The notes: generated by a model not told the origin, from the letters alone. A stretch of DNA of 10,651 bases from Candidatus Methylomirabilis sp. (GCA_041498975.1 JBGQJI010000084.1:1-10651); one strand, 5' to 3'. Counted from the stretch's first letter, positions 1 through 6,996 are shown. Translations and numbers: made by a program.

Positions 1-284
1 CGCCCGGGTCCCAATGCTTCCTGGTTCAGGATCGCCTGATCTCGGGGGACACCCTGTTCATAGGCTCGTGCGGCCGGGTCGATTTACCGGGGAGCAACCC
101 GGAGCAGATGTACGATTCGCTGGTGAATAAATTGATGAAGCTGGACGACAAGACCGTGGTTTTGCCTGGCCACAACTACGCCGGCGGCCGGACCTCGAGC
201 ACGATCGGTGATGAACGGAGGCGCAATCCGTACGTCCAGTTCCGCTCGGTCTCTGAATTCCTTCGCGCCATGGGATATGCATAA
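1..284 (+). CDS. MBL-fold metallo-hydrolase (glyoxalase II-like), 5' truncated by window edge
   Basis: Not in the ORF track. Reading from position 3 gives PGSQCFLVQDRLISGDTLFIGSCGRVDLPGSNPEQMYDSL...VVLPGHNY...STIGDERRRNPY...AMGYA, stop TAA 282-284. GDTLF-GRxDLP, PGH and TIGxE-NP are C-terminal motifs of glyoxalase II-like MBL proteins. Confidence 0.9.
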   Translation, partial: PGSQCFLVQDRLISGDTLFIGSCGRVDLPGSNPEQMYDSLVNKLMKLDDKTVVLPGHNYAGGRTSSTIGDERRRNPYVQFRSVSEFLRAMGYA

Positions 285-1491
285 GCCGGGACTACTGCCG
301 CTCTACTCGCCATCTCGAATTTCCACCTACCAGTCCTGTCCCCGTCAGTACAAATTCCGCTACATCGATCGGATCCCCCGTGAGGAGGAGTCGATCGAGG
401 CGTTCCTCGGATCGCGAGTCCACGAGACGCTTAACAAGCTCTATCGGGAACTGCAGCTTGGTCAGCGTCTCGGCCTCCCCGAACTGCTGGACTCCTATGA
501 CTGGCTGTGGCGGCGGCACTGGCATGAGAAGGTCACGATCGTCAAGCAGGACTTCTCGATCGAGCACTACAGACAATTCGGCAAACGATGTCTGGAGACC
601 TACTACCGACTCCACGAGCCGTTCGACCGGGGACAGACGGTGGGATTGGAACACCACGTAATGACCTCCCTTGACCCGGATGGCCGCTACCGGGTTCGAG
701 GATACATCGATCGTATCGTGAGCCTCGGGTCGGGACGCTATGAAATCCACGACTATAAGACCTCCGGTCGACTTCCGGCTCAGGGCGAGATCGACGCTGA
801 TCGGCAATTGGCGCTCTATCAGCTCGGCGTGGAAGGGATGGTGTCCGATGCCAAAGAGATCGGGCTGGTCTGGCACTACCTGGCTTTTGGGAGGGAGCTA
901 CGATCAACGCGAACGCCGGGGGATCTGGACAGGTTGAAGGCGGCGACCATCGTTCTGATCGATCGGATCGAGGCTGATACAGAGTTCAGGCCGATCAAGA
1001 GCAGCCTCTGCCACTGGTGCGCCTATCGGGATATCTGCCCGCTGTGGAAAGACGGCCCTGTTACAACTGATAAGGGTTCCAAGTTCCAGGTGCGAAGCTC
1101 GAGGTTCAAGACCGGAAATTCGGAACTTGGAACGCGGGACCGCGAAGCGGAACTCGGAACCCCGAACCCGGATCCGCGATATGTAAGAGCCATAGAAAAG
1201 GCAGCGGCTGGGGATGGAGAGGATGGAGATCTGCGGTCTGTATCTCGCGAGGCGTTGCGAGAGGCGATCCTGGCCGCGGCCGGGACCGAAGGGGCGGAGG
1301 TCCGCTTCTTGGAACACGGTCAGCTCTGGGTCCGCATGGGTCAGTTGATGTCGCCCGATGTCCTGGACGGCAACGCAGCCGGGTGGGTCCAGCTTTCCGA
1401 TGAGAGTCTCCCTCTGCTCTTCAGGCAGGTCGAGCGCGCGCGATGGAGCGCCACGTTCGTCGAGAAGCTCCAGCGGTATCTCGCATCGTGA
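277..1491 (+). CDS. PD-(D/E)XK nuclease family protein (RecB/AddB/Cas4-like, predicted 4Fe-4S staple) with a C-terminal extension of unknown function
   Basis: Motifs YSPSRISTYQSCPRQY, GSRVHETL, RGYIDRI, IHDYKTS, QLALY and CHWCAYRDICP. ATG 277 overlaps the upstream stop, so it is preferred to the ORF-track start at 208. Confidence 0.88.
   Translation: MHKPGLLPLYSPSRISTYQSCPRQYKFRYIDRIPREEESIEAFLGSRVHETLNKLYRELQLGQRLGLPELLDSYDWLWRRHWHEKVTIVKQDFSIEHYRQFGKRCLETYYRLHEPFDRGQTVGLEHHVMTSLDPDGRYRVRGYIDRIVSLGSGRYEIHDYKTSGRLPAQGEIDADRQLALYQLGVEGMVSDAKEIGLVWHYLAFGRELRSTRTPGDLDRLKAATIVLIDRIEADTEFRPIKSSLCHWCAYRDICPLWKDGPVTTDKGSKFQVRSSRFKTGNSELGTRDREAELGTPNPDPRYVRAIEKAAAGDGEDGDLRSVSREALREAILAAAGTEGAEVRFLEHGQLWVRMGQLMSPDVLDGNAAGWVQLSDESLPLLFRQVERARWSATFVEKLQRYLAS
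1075..1175. repeat. Inverted array of degenerate 7-bp tandem repeats inside the nuclease CDS
   Basis: Left arm GGTTCCA AGTTCCA GGTGCGA AGCTCGA GGTTCAA (1075-1109). Right arm CGGAACT TGGAACG CGGGACC .. CGGAACT CGGAACC CCGAACC CGGATCC (1121-1175), approximately the reverse complement of the left units. Confidence 0.8.
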
Positions 1492-1562
1492 CCCCTTTGT
1501 CGGCATCAGATGAATCCGTCTCGATCGGTTCGGTCATGCGGGCCCCACTTCTGTAGGCGTTG

Positions 1563-2270
1563 ATGGAGATGGCAAGAAAAGGTCAAATCACCATTCGGTA
1601 TGCTCCGGTTTTGACACCAGTCGGGCAACTCTACGTGGCCTATCGTGGCAAGGCAGTCTGCTGTCTGGCGCTTACGTCAGGGGCGCATGGCTTTGAGCGG
1701 GCGTGCGCCAGGATGCTCGGCATCCGACCGATCAGGGATGCCCGCCTGCCGGAGGGGCTGGCCAGAGCGGTCGTGGATCATGTAACAGGAAAGCGGAGCA
1801 TCTCGGCCCCGTTCGACCTTTCCCGGCTCACGCCATTTCAGCGCATGGTCTTGAAGAAGGCCATGGAGATCCCTCGCGGCGAGGTGCGTTCGTACCAGTG
1901 GGTGGCAAAGGAGGTCGGAGCGGAGCGAGCGGCTCGGGCTGTCGGGACGGCGTTGGCCAGGAACCCGATCCCTTTCCTGATCCCCTGCCACCGTGTTGTC
2001 CGGGCCGATGGCCGGATCGGGCGTTACTCGGGGGGCGGCCCTGGGGTGAAGGCGATGGTGCTGGCTTTCGAAGGCCTCGATCTCGAAGACCTTGCACGTG
2101 CGGCCGCCCGGCGGATCCGCTTCGTGGGGAGTGACGAGAGCAGAACCTTCTGCCTCCCTAGCTGTCATCGCGGGCGGCGCATCTCGGGGCGGCATGCGGT
2201 CTATTTCGCGACGCAGCAGGACGCAATGGGCAGGAGGTATCGCCCCTGTCAGGCCTGCCGACCGGTCTAA
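1563..2270 (+). CDS. ogt: Methylated-DNA--protein-cysteine S-methyltransferase (Ogt-type) fused to a C-terminal Ada metal-binding domain
   Basis: TPFQRMV...IPRGEVRSYQWVA...ARAVGTALARNP and active site IPCHRVV. C-terminal FCLPSC...YRPCQACRP matches the Ada Zn-binding motif. Start could be 1560, 1563 or 1569. Confidence 0.9.
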   Translation: MEMARKGQITIRYAPVLTPVGQLYVAYRGKAVCCLALTSGAHGFERACARMLGIRPIRDARLPEGLARAVVDHVTGKRSISAPFDLSRLTPFQRMVLKKAMEIPRGEVRSYQWVAKEVGAERAARAVGTALARNPIPFLIPCHRVVRADGRIGRYSGGGPGVKAMVLAFEGLDLEDLARAAARRIRFVGSDESRTFCLPSCHRGRRISGRHAVYFATQQDAMGRRYRPCQACRPV

Positions 2271-2453
2271 ATTGTTGCGTACCTCGCGGGAGGGTTCCCC
2301 TGTCTGATGCCCCACGGCCAGGAGCAGTTACTGCGCGGTGCGGGGAGCGTTGTCATCTGTCTTGCGACCCGCTTAGTAAGTGGGGCGAGAGTTGATCGGG
2401 AGGAGTGACGTTACCAGCCCACGGCGGGCTAACATCCAGAGGAGCAACAACCG

Positions 2454-2648
2454 ATGAGGATCTGGCGGGATCTCTCGTACCTGGCCCTGGCGGCCTCCTT
2501 CGCCAGCCTGGGGATCGCAAACGTCTCCTGGATGGCCGTAACGCGATTCGGTGGGTTAAGCCCGAGAGCCTATGCGGCCGGCGCGGCCATTGCCCTGCTC
2601 TATGCTATCGCTTTCATGCTGATGGAGTTGGTGCAGCGGAAGGGCTAG
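2454..2648 (+). CDS. Small hypothetical membrane protein (64 aa, two hydrophobic segments)
   Basis: AGAGGAG Shine-Dalgarno just before the ATG. Hydrophobic stretches LSYLALAASFASLGIANVSWMAV and YAAGAAIALLYAIAFMLMELV. Confidence 0.7.
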   Translation: MRIWRDLSYLALAASFASLGIANVSWMAVTRFGGLSPRAYAAGAAIALLYAIAFMLMELVQRKG

Positions 2649-2748
2649 TGCCATTTCAACGTGTTCCGGTTAATCGCCGGCAGGTGTCGTGTAAGAGCTA
2701 TCGCTTTCTCTAGCCTCACCAATTTGGCGTAAGTAGTTGGGACGGCAC
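2648..2748. mobile_element. MITE, subfamily A copy 1 (101 bp), TA target duplication, IS630-type ends
   Basis: TA|GTGCCATTTCAAC...GTTGGGACGGCAC|TA. Imperfect terminal inverted repeats. Interior homologous to the element at 3234-3439 (shared TATCGCTTTCTCT and GCCTCA). Confidence 0.85.
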
Positions 2749-3182
2749 TAATGGGTTACTTCCTTGTCCGACCCGGCACGGCTGGAGAAGACGTGGGAGG
2801 CGTGATGATGGACCATTTGCCAGATCCCGTTGGTCTTCTCATAGATGTTGGTGGCCAAGAGCGTGGTCGCGGTCACATCCTGCTGGACCTCGGAGAGGAG
2901 GTTTTCCGTCAAGACCACCCAAGCTAAAGGACCGTGGATCCGCACCCGGACGTCGGTCAGGGTGAAGCGGATCTCCTTCGTATTGGAGAAGATCAGCTCC
3001 CAGCTCGCTCTCACCGCCTCCCAGCCCGAGAGGAGCGACCACCCGGGGTGTATGCATTTGACGTGGGCTCCCCTGGCCCAGACGGCGGCCATTCGCAGAA
3101 TGTCCAGGCTTTCGAAGGCTCGATAAAAATTGGCATTGACCTCCAGGACCTCCGCTTGGTCAGGGTCGCGTATGGCCATCAT
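2748..3182 (-). CDS. NTF2/SnoaL-like domain protein
   Basis: NANFYRAFESLD...MAAVWA...CIHPGW...GWEAVRASW...ATNIYEK...WQMVHHHAS is typical of SnoaL-like NTF2 proteins. ATG at 3182 (or 3179) follows a purine-rich RBS and is preferred to TTG 3218. Confidence 0.85.
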   Translation of the reverse strand: MMAIRDPDQAEVLEVNANFYRAFESLDILRMAAVWARGAHVKCIHPGWSLLSGWEAVRASWELIFSNTKEIRFTLTDVRVRIHGPLAWVVLTENLLSEVQQDVTATTLLATNIYEKTNGIWQMVHHHASHVFSSRAGSDKEVTH

Positions 3183-3233
3183 CCTTTTCCCTTTCAGGTC
3201 TCCGTGTCCGGCGTTCAAGCCCGTCGCATTCTA

Positions 3234-3439
3234 GTACCGTTCCAACTTGTTGTGACCAATCACCGAGAGGTGTCCTTTTATGTATTATCGCTTTCTCTCG
3301 TGCCGTTCAAACTTGTTCGGATACATGACAAGGCTTTGCGGAGGCCGATCCAGATGCCTGCGGGTCAATGTCATGTTAGGCGGATACAGTTGGAATGGCA
3401 CTAGCCTCATCATCGTGGCGTGAGTTGTTGGGATGGCAC
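3234..3439. mobile_element. MITE, subfamily A copy 2, interrupted by a nested subfamily B MITE
   Basis: CTA|GTACCGTTCCAAC...GTTGGGATGGCAC|TAG. Removing 3300-3401 plus one 2-bp duplication restores a 102-bp element about 75% identical (hand count) to 2648-2748. Confidence 0.85.
3300..3401. mobile_element. MITE, subfamily B copy 1 (102 bp), nested in the internal CTAG of the subfamily A element
   Basis: CTC|GTGCCGTTCAAAC...GTTGGAATGGCAC|TAG (left TA apparently mutated to TC). Aligns without gaps to 9793-9894, 67/102 identical by hand count. Confidence 0.85.
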
Positions 3440-3804
3440 TAGCCGTGGTCCACAGGTGGGCAGACGACGAGGACGGTTTCATCCACTACCTGCAGCGGCA
3501 GTCGCTCGAGATAGTCTCCGGGGCAGGGCCCCGCCACACATTCGCCGGTGGCGGGATCGTAGGTAGCCCCGTGAGTGCCACAGATGATAAAGCGGCCGTC
3601 TTCTGACAGGAACTGGTTCTCAAACCAGTCCATGGGCATCGGAATATGACAACACCGGTTCACATAGGCATAAAAGCTTCCACGGTAGTTCACGACAAAG
3701 CCCTCGACCTGCTGCCCGTTCACGGTCAAGGCAAACTTTTTCGAGCAGCCCTCCGGAAGCTCCTCGACACGTGCCACTTGCTGTTCGATAAGACTTCGTG
3801 ACAT
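3439..3804 (-). CDS. Rieske [2Fe-2S] ferredoxin-domain protein
   Basis: YVNRCCH (CxH) and ICGTHGATYDPATGECVAGPC (CxxH). GGAGGAG RBS upstream of the ATG. Confidence 0.92.
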   Translation of the reverse strand: MSRSLIEQQVARVEELPEGCSKKFALTVNGQQVEGFVVNYRGSFYAYVNRCCHIPMPMDWFENQFLSEDGRFIICGTHGATYDPATGECVAGPCPGDYLERLPLQVVDETVLVVCPPVDHG

Positions 3805-3836
3805 CTCTCCTCCGTTTCATCTCTAAAGCAGGGCTT

Positions 3837-3864
3837 ATTATACTGGTCCATTTGGGAAAAGCAA
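3837..3864 (-). promoter_or_regulatory. Putative sigma70 promoter for the Rieske-SnoaL genes
   Basis: Minus strand TTGCTT (3864-3859), 16-nt spacer, TATAAT (3842-3837). Confidence 0.55.
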
Positions 3865-3877
3865 AGGGTTAGGCGGC

Positions 3878-3906
3878 TTGACAGTCCGCAGACCCTTGGG
3901 TATAGT
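3878..3906 (+). promoter_or_regulatory. Sigma70 promoter for tRNA-Thr
   Basis: TTGACA (3878-3883), 17-nt spacer, TATAGT (3901-3906), then a GC-rich discriminator typical of stable-RNA promoters. Confidence 0.85.
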
Positions 3907-3920
3907 AGCGTGGCCCGCGC

Positions 3921-3996
3921 GCCGGCGTAGCTCAGTTGGCAGAGCAGCTGATTCGTAATCAGCAGGTCGAGGGTTCAAGTCCCCCCGCCGGCTCCA
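3921..3996 (+). tRNA. tRNA-Thr(CGT)
   Basis: 76 nt. Acceptor stem GCCGGCG/CGCCGGC, D arm GCTC/GAGC, anticodon arm GCTGA-TTCGTAA-TCAGC, T loop TTCAAGT, encoded CCA. Confidence 0.97.
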
Positions 3997-4038
3997 GCAA
4001 TCAGGGAACTACAGCCAGCACATTACATGTTGTTGCAT

Positions 4039-4194
4039 TGTCATTGCGAGCGACCAGCGGGAGCGCGGCAATCCGAGACGGAGTGTTGTTGCGAGACGCA
4101 GCCCCCTCGGCATTGCTCGCGGCAGGCTGTGCAATCTCGAACTCGGCACGATGGTGGGATGGATTGCTTTGTCGTTGTAGCCCTCGCCATGACA
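4039..4194. repeat. REP-like composite palindromic element (GTCATTGCGAG...GCAATC / GATTGC...CTCGCCATGAC type)
   Basis: TGTCATTGCGAG (4039-4050) pairs with CTCGCCATGACA (4183-4194), with inner GCAATCC/GGATTGC. A second degenerate left arm (TGTTGTTGCGAG...GCAATCT) lies inside. Confidence 0.7.
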
Positions 4195-4594
4195 TCAGTT
4201 TCCTAGTGTGTTTGTATCAGTCTTTCAGCCGCATGTCCGCCGCAGACGACAAAGTTGGCGTCCATACTCGACAACCTTCTGTCAAGTGACCGCGCTCTTC
4301 CCTAGCTCGCGATTCTGAAGCACGCAGCCAATTGAAACCCGCTACTCCCGACTCATCGACGTGGCAAGTCCTTGCTTCGGTGGGCGGCAAGTGACCCGAT
4401 GCTGTGGACGTCGATCGCTCGCGCCTGAGTGTGTTCCCGCTGCCCTATGTTCAGGGGGATCCCGCCTGACCGATGAATCGAGGAAACTACCAGTTTTCGC
4501 CTGACAGAAAACGTGTCTCCTGCGTTCAATCTTGGGCTCGTGAAGCATATCGAAGTTGTGGTGGAGCTTGGTAATTGACTGGAATGGGACCCTC

Positions 4595-6328
4595 ATGAGC
4601 CGACACAGACGACCTCTCAAGGCATTGTTTCCTATCGGCCTGCTCCTCTTCTCTTTGGTTCCGCTGGCTGTCGCGCTTTCGGCTTGGGCGATGGACTGGA
4701 CCCTGGTGAGCGAGAGCCGGCTCTTGGCTGCAGAGACAGACTCGGATAATTGGCTGATGGTCAACAGGACGCACGACAGCAAGCGGTATAGCCCATTGAG
4801 CCAAATCAATACGAAGAACGTCAAGAATCTCGTCCCGAAGTGGACCTTCTCGATCGGCACGCCTGATCGGCAGGAAAGCACGCCGGTCGTGAACAACGGG
4901 ATCATGATCGTCACCGGCTCCTGGAGCAAGCTGTACGCGCTCGACGCCCGAACCGGGGCACTCCTTTGGAAACGGGAGGCGACGCTTCCAAGCGATCTTC
5001 CTGAGCTTCTCTGCTGCGGCGTCGTCAACCGGGGCGTCGCGGTGCTGGGTGGCACGATCTACTGGGGCACCCCAGATGCCCATCTGCTGGCGCTGGATGC
5101 GAGGACCGGCCGGGTGGTGTGGGATGTGACAGTGGAAGACTACAAGACTGGCTATACTCTGACCGGTGCCCCCCTGATCGTGAAGGGGAAGGTGGTGATA
5201 GGCCTCGGCGGCGGCGAGTACGGCATCCGAGGCTTCCTCCAGGCATTTGATGCACGGACCGGACAGAGCGCGTGGAAGACCTATACAGTTCCTGCCCCGG
5301 GCGAGCCGGGGAGCGAGACGTGGCCGAAGGGTTCTGACGTCTGGAAGCATGGTGGCGGCTCAACGTGGGTGACTGGCTCGTACGACCCCGTCTTGAACCT
5401 GGTCTACTGGGGGACCGGCAATCCCGGCCCAGCGTACAACGGATGGGTCCGACCGGGCAAGAACCTCTACACGGGGGCGGTTCTGGCGCTGGACGCCGAC
5501 AGCGGCCATATCAGGTGGCACTTTCAGTGGACCCCGCACGATGTCTGGGAATACGACGGGGTGAACGAGATGATCCTGGTGGATCGCGTGAAGCGTCCGG
5601 ACGGCAGCATCGTCGACAAGGGGCTGATCCATGCAGACCGGAACGGCCACTTTTACCTGCTCGATCGGACCACCGGCAAGGTCATCTACGCCAGGCCCTT
5701 CATCCACGTTGACACTATCAAAGTCGATCCCGAGACGGGCGAGGTGACACCTCTCAAGAGGCCCAAAATCAATCAAACGATCGTGGGGTGTGGCCACGGG
5801 ACCGCGGGGAAGAGTTGGCAGCCGATGTCGTTCAATCCCGACACCGGCATGGCCTATGTGCCTGCTGTTGAAATGTGCGCCCACTTCTCCAATCGTCGCG
5901 TGATCTATGAAAAAGGCAAGCAATACCTCGGTGGCAGCCAGCGGGGGGTCTCGCCCGGCTGGGGTCATCTCACGGCCATAGACGTCGGCAGCGGCCAAAC
6001 GGTGTGGGAGTACGTAACCAAGTTCCCGATGTATACGGGCACCGTGACGACGGCGGGAGGTCTGGTCTTTGCCGGCAACCCCGGCGGGGAGCTGATGGCA
6101 TTGGGCGCCAAGGCCGGCGAGCTGCTCTGGCGGTTCCGGATCGGCTCGGCAGTCGTTGCTGGACCCATTGTCTTCGCGATCGACGGCAAGCAGTATGTGG
6201 CAGCGGTGGCGGGCCTGCCGATCGGACCGTCGGGGGCCCTCGGTAGTGGAGGACTTCAAGAAGACATTCACGGGTCGCGGAGTGTGCCGGGACGCTCTGT
6301 GCTTATTGTCTTCGGGCTTCCCGAATAG
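4595..6328 (+). CDS. PQQ-dependent dehydrogenase, methanol/ethanol family (periplasmic, no heme c domain)
   Basis: Signal peptide (MSRHRRPLKALFPIGLL...SAWA), RYSPLSQIN, vicinal LCCGVVNRG, GGGEYGIRG, WKHGGGSTW, YWGTGNP, TPHDVWEYDGVNE, HADRNG, and repeated ALDAxTGxxxW propeller motifs. No CxxCH. Confidence 0.93.
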   Translation: MSRHRRPLKALFPIGLLLFSLVPLAVALSAWAMDWTLVSESRLLAAETDSDNWLMVNRTHDSKRYSPLSQINTKNVKNLVPKWTFSIGTPDRQESTPVVNNGIMIVTGSWSKLYALDARTGALLWKREATLPSDLPELLCCGVVNRGVAVLGGTIYWGTPDAHLLALDARTGRVVWDVTVEDYKTGYTLTGAPLIVKGKVVIGLGGGEYGIRGFLQAFDARTGQSAWKTYTVPAPGEPGSETWPKGSDVWKHGGGSTWVTGSYDPVLNLVYWGTGNPGPAYNGWVRPGKNLYTGAVLALDADSGHIRWHFQWTPHDVWEYDGVNEMILVDRVKRPDGSIVDKGLIHADRNGHFYLLDRTTGKVIYARPFIHVDTIKVDPETGEVTPLKRPKINQTIVGCGHGTAGKSWQPMSFNPDTGMAYVPAVEMCAHFSNRRVIYEKGKQYLGGSQRGVSPGWGHLTAIDVGSGQTVWEYVTKFPMYTGTVTTAGGLVFAGNPGGELMALGAKAGELLWRFRIGSAVVAGPIVFAIDGKQYVAAVAGLPIGPSGALGSGGLQEDIHGSRSVPGRSVLIVFGLPE

Positions 6329-6348
6329 CCTTCACCAGGCATACGCTA

Positions 6349-6475
6349 GTGTGGTGACTCAGAATTACTTTAACAATAAACCCGTTCGGGCTGAGCCCGT
6401 CGAAGCCTCAAATACGCACCCTTCGACAAGCTCAGGGTGAACGAAATGTGTAAAGGAACTTGAGAGTCACTACAC
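6349..6475. mobile_element. TA-flanked MITE (127 bp), second TIR family, enclosing a REP-like hairpin
   Basis: CTA|GTGTGGTGACTC...GAGTCACTACAC|TAG. 11/12 terminal inverted repeat, imperfectly extendable to about 25 bp. AT-rich subterminal regions. Confidence 0.8.
6383..6443. repeat. REP-like palindrome (CGTTC..CTGAGC..GTCGAAG / CTTCGAC..GCTCAG..GAACG)
   Basis: CGTTCGGGCTGAGCCCGTCGAAG versus the reverse complement of CTTCGACAAGCTCAGGGTGAACG: 18/23 matches, 15-nt loop. Confidence 0.8.
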
Positions 6476-6718
6476 TAGAAGGGGGTGCTGACCGCATCTC
6501 TTTCCGCCTTGGTCAGGGGGCATCACCGAGGATCGGCAATGGCCAATGATCGAGCTAAAAGCGAGCATGCAATCCCTCATCGCTGTGTTGCTAGGATCAG
6601 CGCCCCTTAGGAAGGTGGCCTGGAGCGACCCGGGCTAGGTCCGCGAGCGGACTACATGCCACCCAACCCTCCGTTGGGCTGGCCCCGCCCTCCTTTTGAC
6701 GCCGTGCGGCGTAATTTC

Positions 6719-6747
6719 TTGACATCCCGACTAAAGGCTGCTATGTT
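6719..6747 (+). promoter_or_regulatory. Putative sigma70 promoter with extended -10
   Basis: TTGACA (6719-6724), 17-nt spacer, TGc-TATGTT (TATGTT at 6742-6747). Confidence 0.7.
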
Positions 6748-6996
6748 ACACAAAGCTCGTTGAAATCCGCACTCCAGCGGTCGAAGGGGTGAAAGATAGA
6801 GTCACTTTCAAAAGGGGTGACGCTTTCGATCAAATACTCATCCCCGCGGATCGGACAATTAGAACGGCTTTACCCCTCAGTAGCCTGCCCGACAGGACGG
6901 CTGCCCCGCCCAACATCCCACGTGCAAGAATCACAACCTTCTGAACTCAATGGGTGGTGGCGCCCTTTCTTGTAGAAGGAGGTGAGCGAGGAGAGG

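Noticed and set aside
2271..2453. Intergenic region with a small AGCCC/GGGCT hairpin, overlapped by the start of ORF 2405-2713
   Set aside because: The stem is only 5 bp. The longer ORF overlaps the better-supported 64-aa gene and runs into a MITE.
2645..3442. Repeats as a possible CRISPR array near a Cas4-like gene
   Set aside because: The repeats are inverted termini of dispersed elements, not regularly spaced direct repeats with spacers. No cas1 or cas2 is present.
3975..3996. Possible attL/attR duplication of the tRNA 3' end
   Set aside because: No second copy of meaningful length was seen in the window.
3936..4289. 117-aa ORF, and the similar ORFs 3285-3482, 6156-6440 and 9709-9897
   Set aside because: They overlap the tRNA, REP or MITE sequences and are translation artefacts of repeats.
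4203..4305. Two CTAG sites about 100 bp apart, the first followed by TGTG like the 6349 element
   Set aside because: No inverted repeat at the right end and no interior similarity to the MITE families.
4342..6271. Long minus-strand ORFs (237, 274, 303 aa) and similar antisense ORFs over other genes
   Set aside because: Shadow frames of GC-rich genes that have clear family motifs on the opposite strand.
6479..6718. Hairpins and short ORFs (23-30 aa) downstream of the PQQ gene, including a GGGGTGCTGA/TCAGCGCCCC pairing
   Set aside because: No clear promoter, U-tract or known motif, so not distinguishable from chance pairing at this GC content without comparative data.
6948..6966. T-box-like AATGGGTGGTGGCGC
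   Set aside because: Lacks the GGTGGNACC core, no specifier stem was recognised, and no amino-acid-related gene follows.
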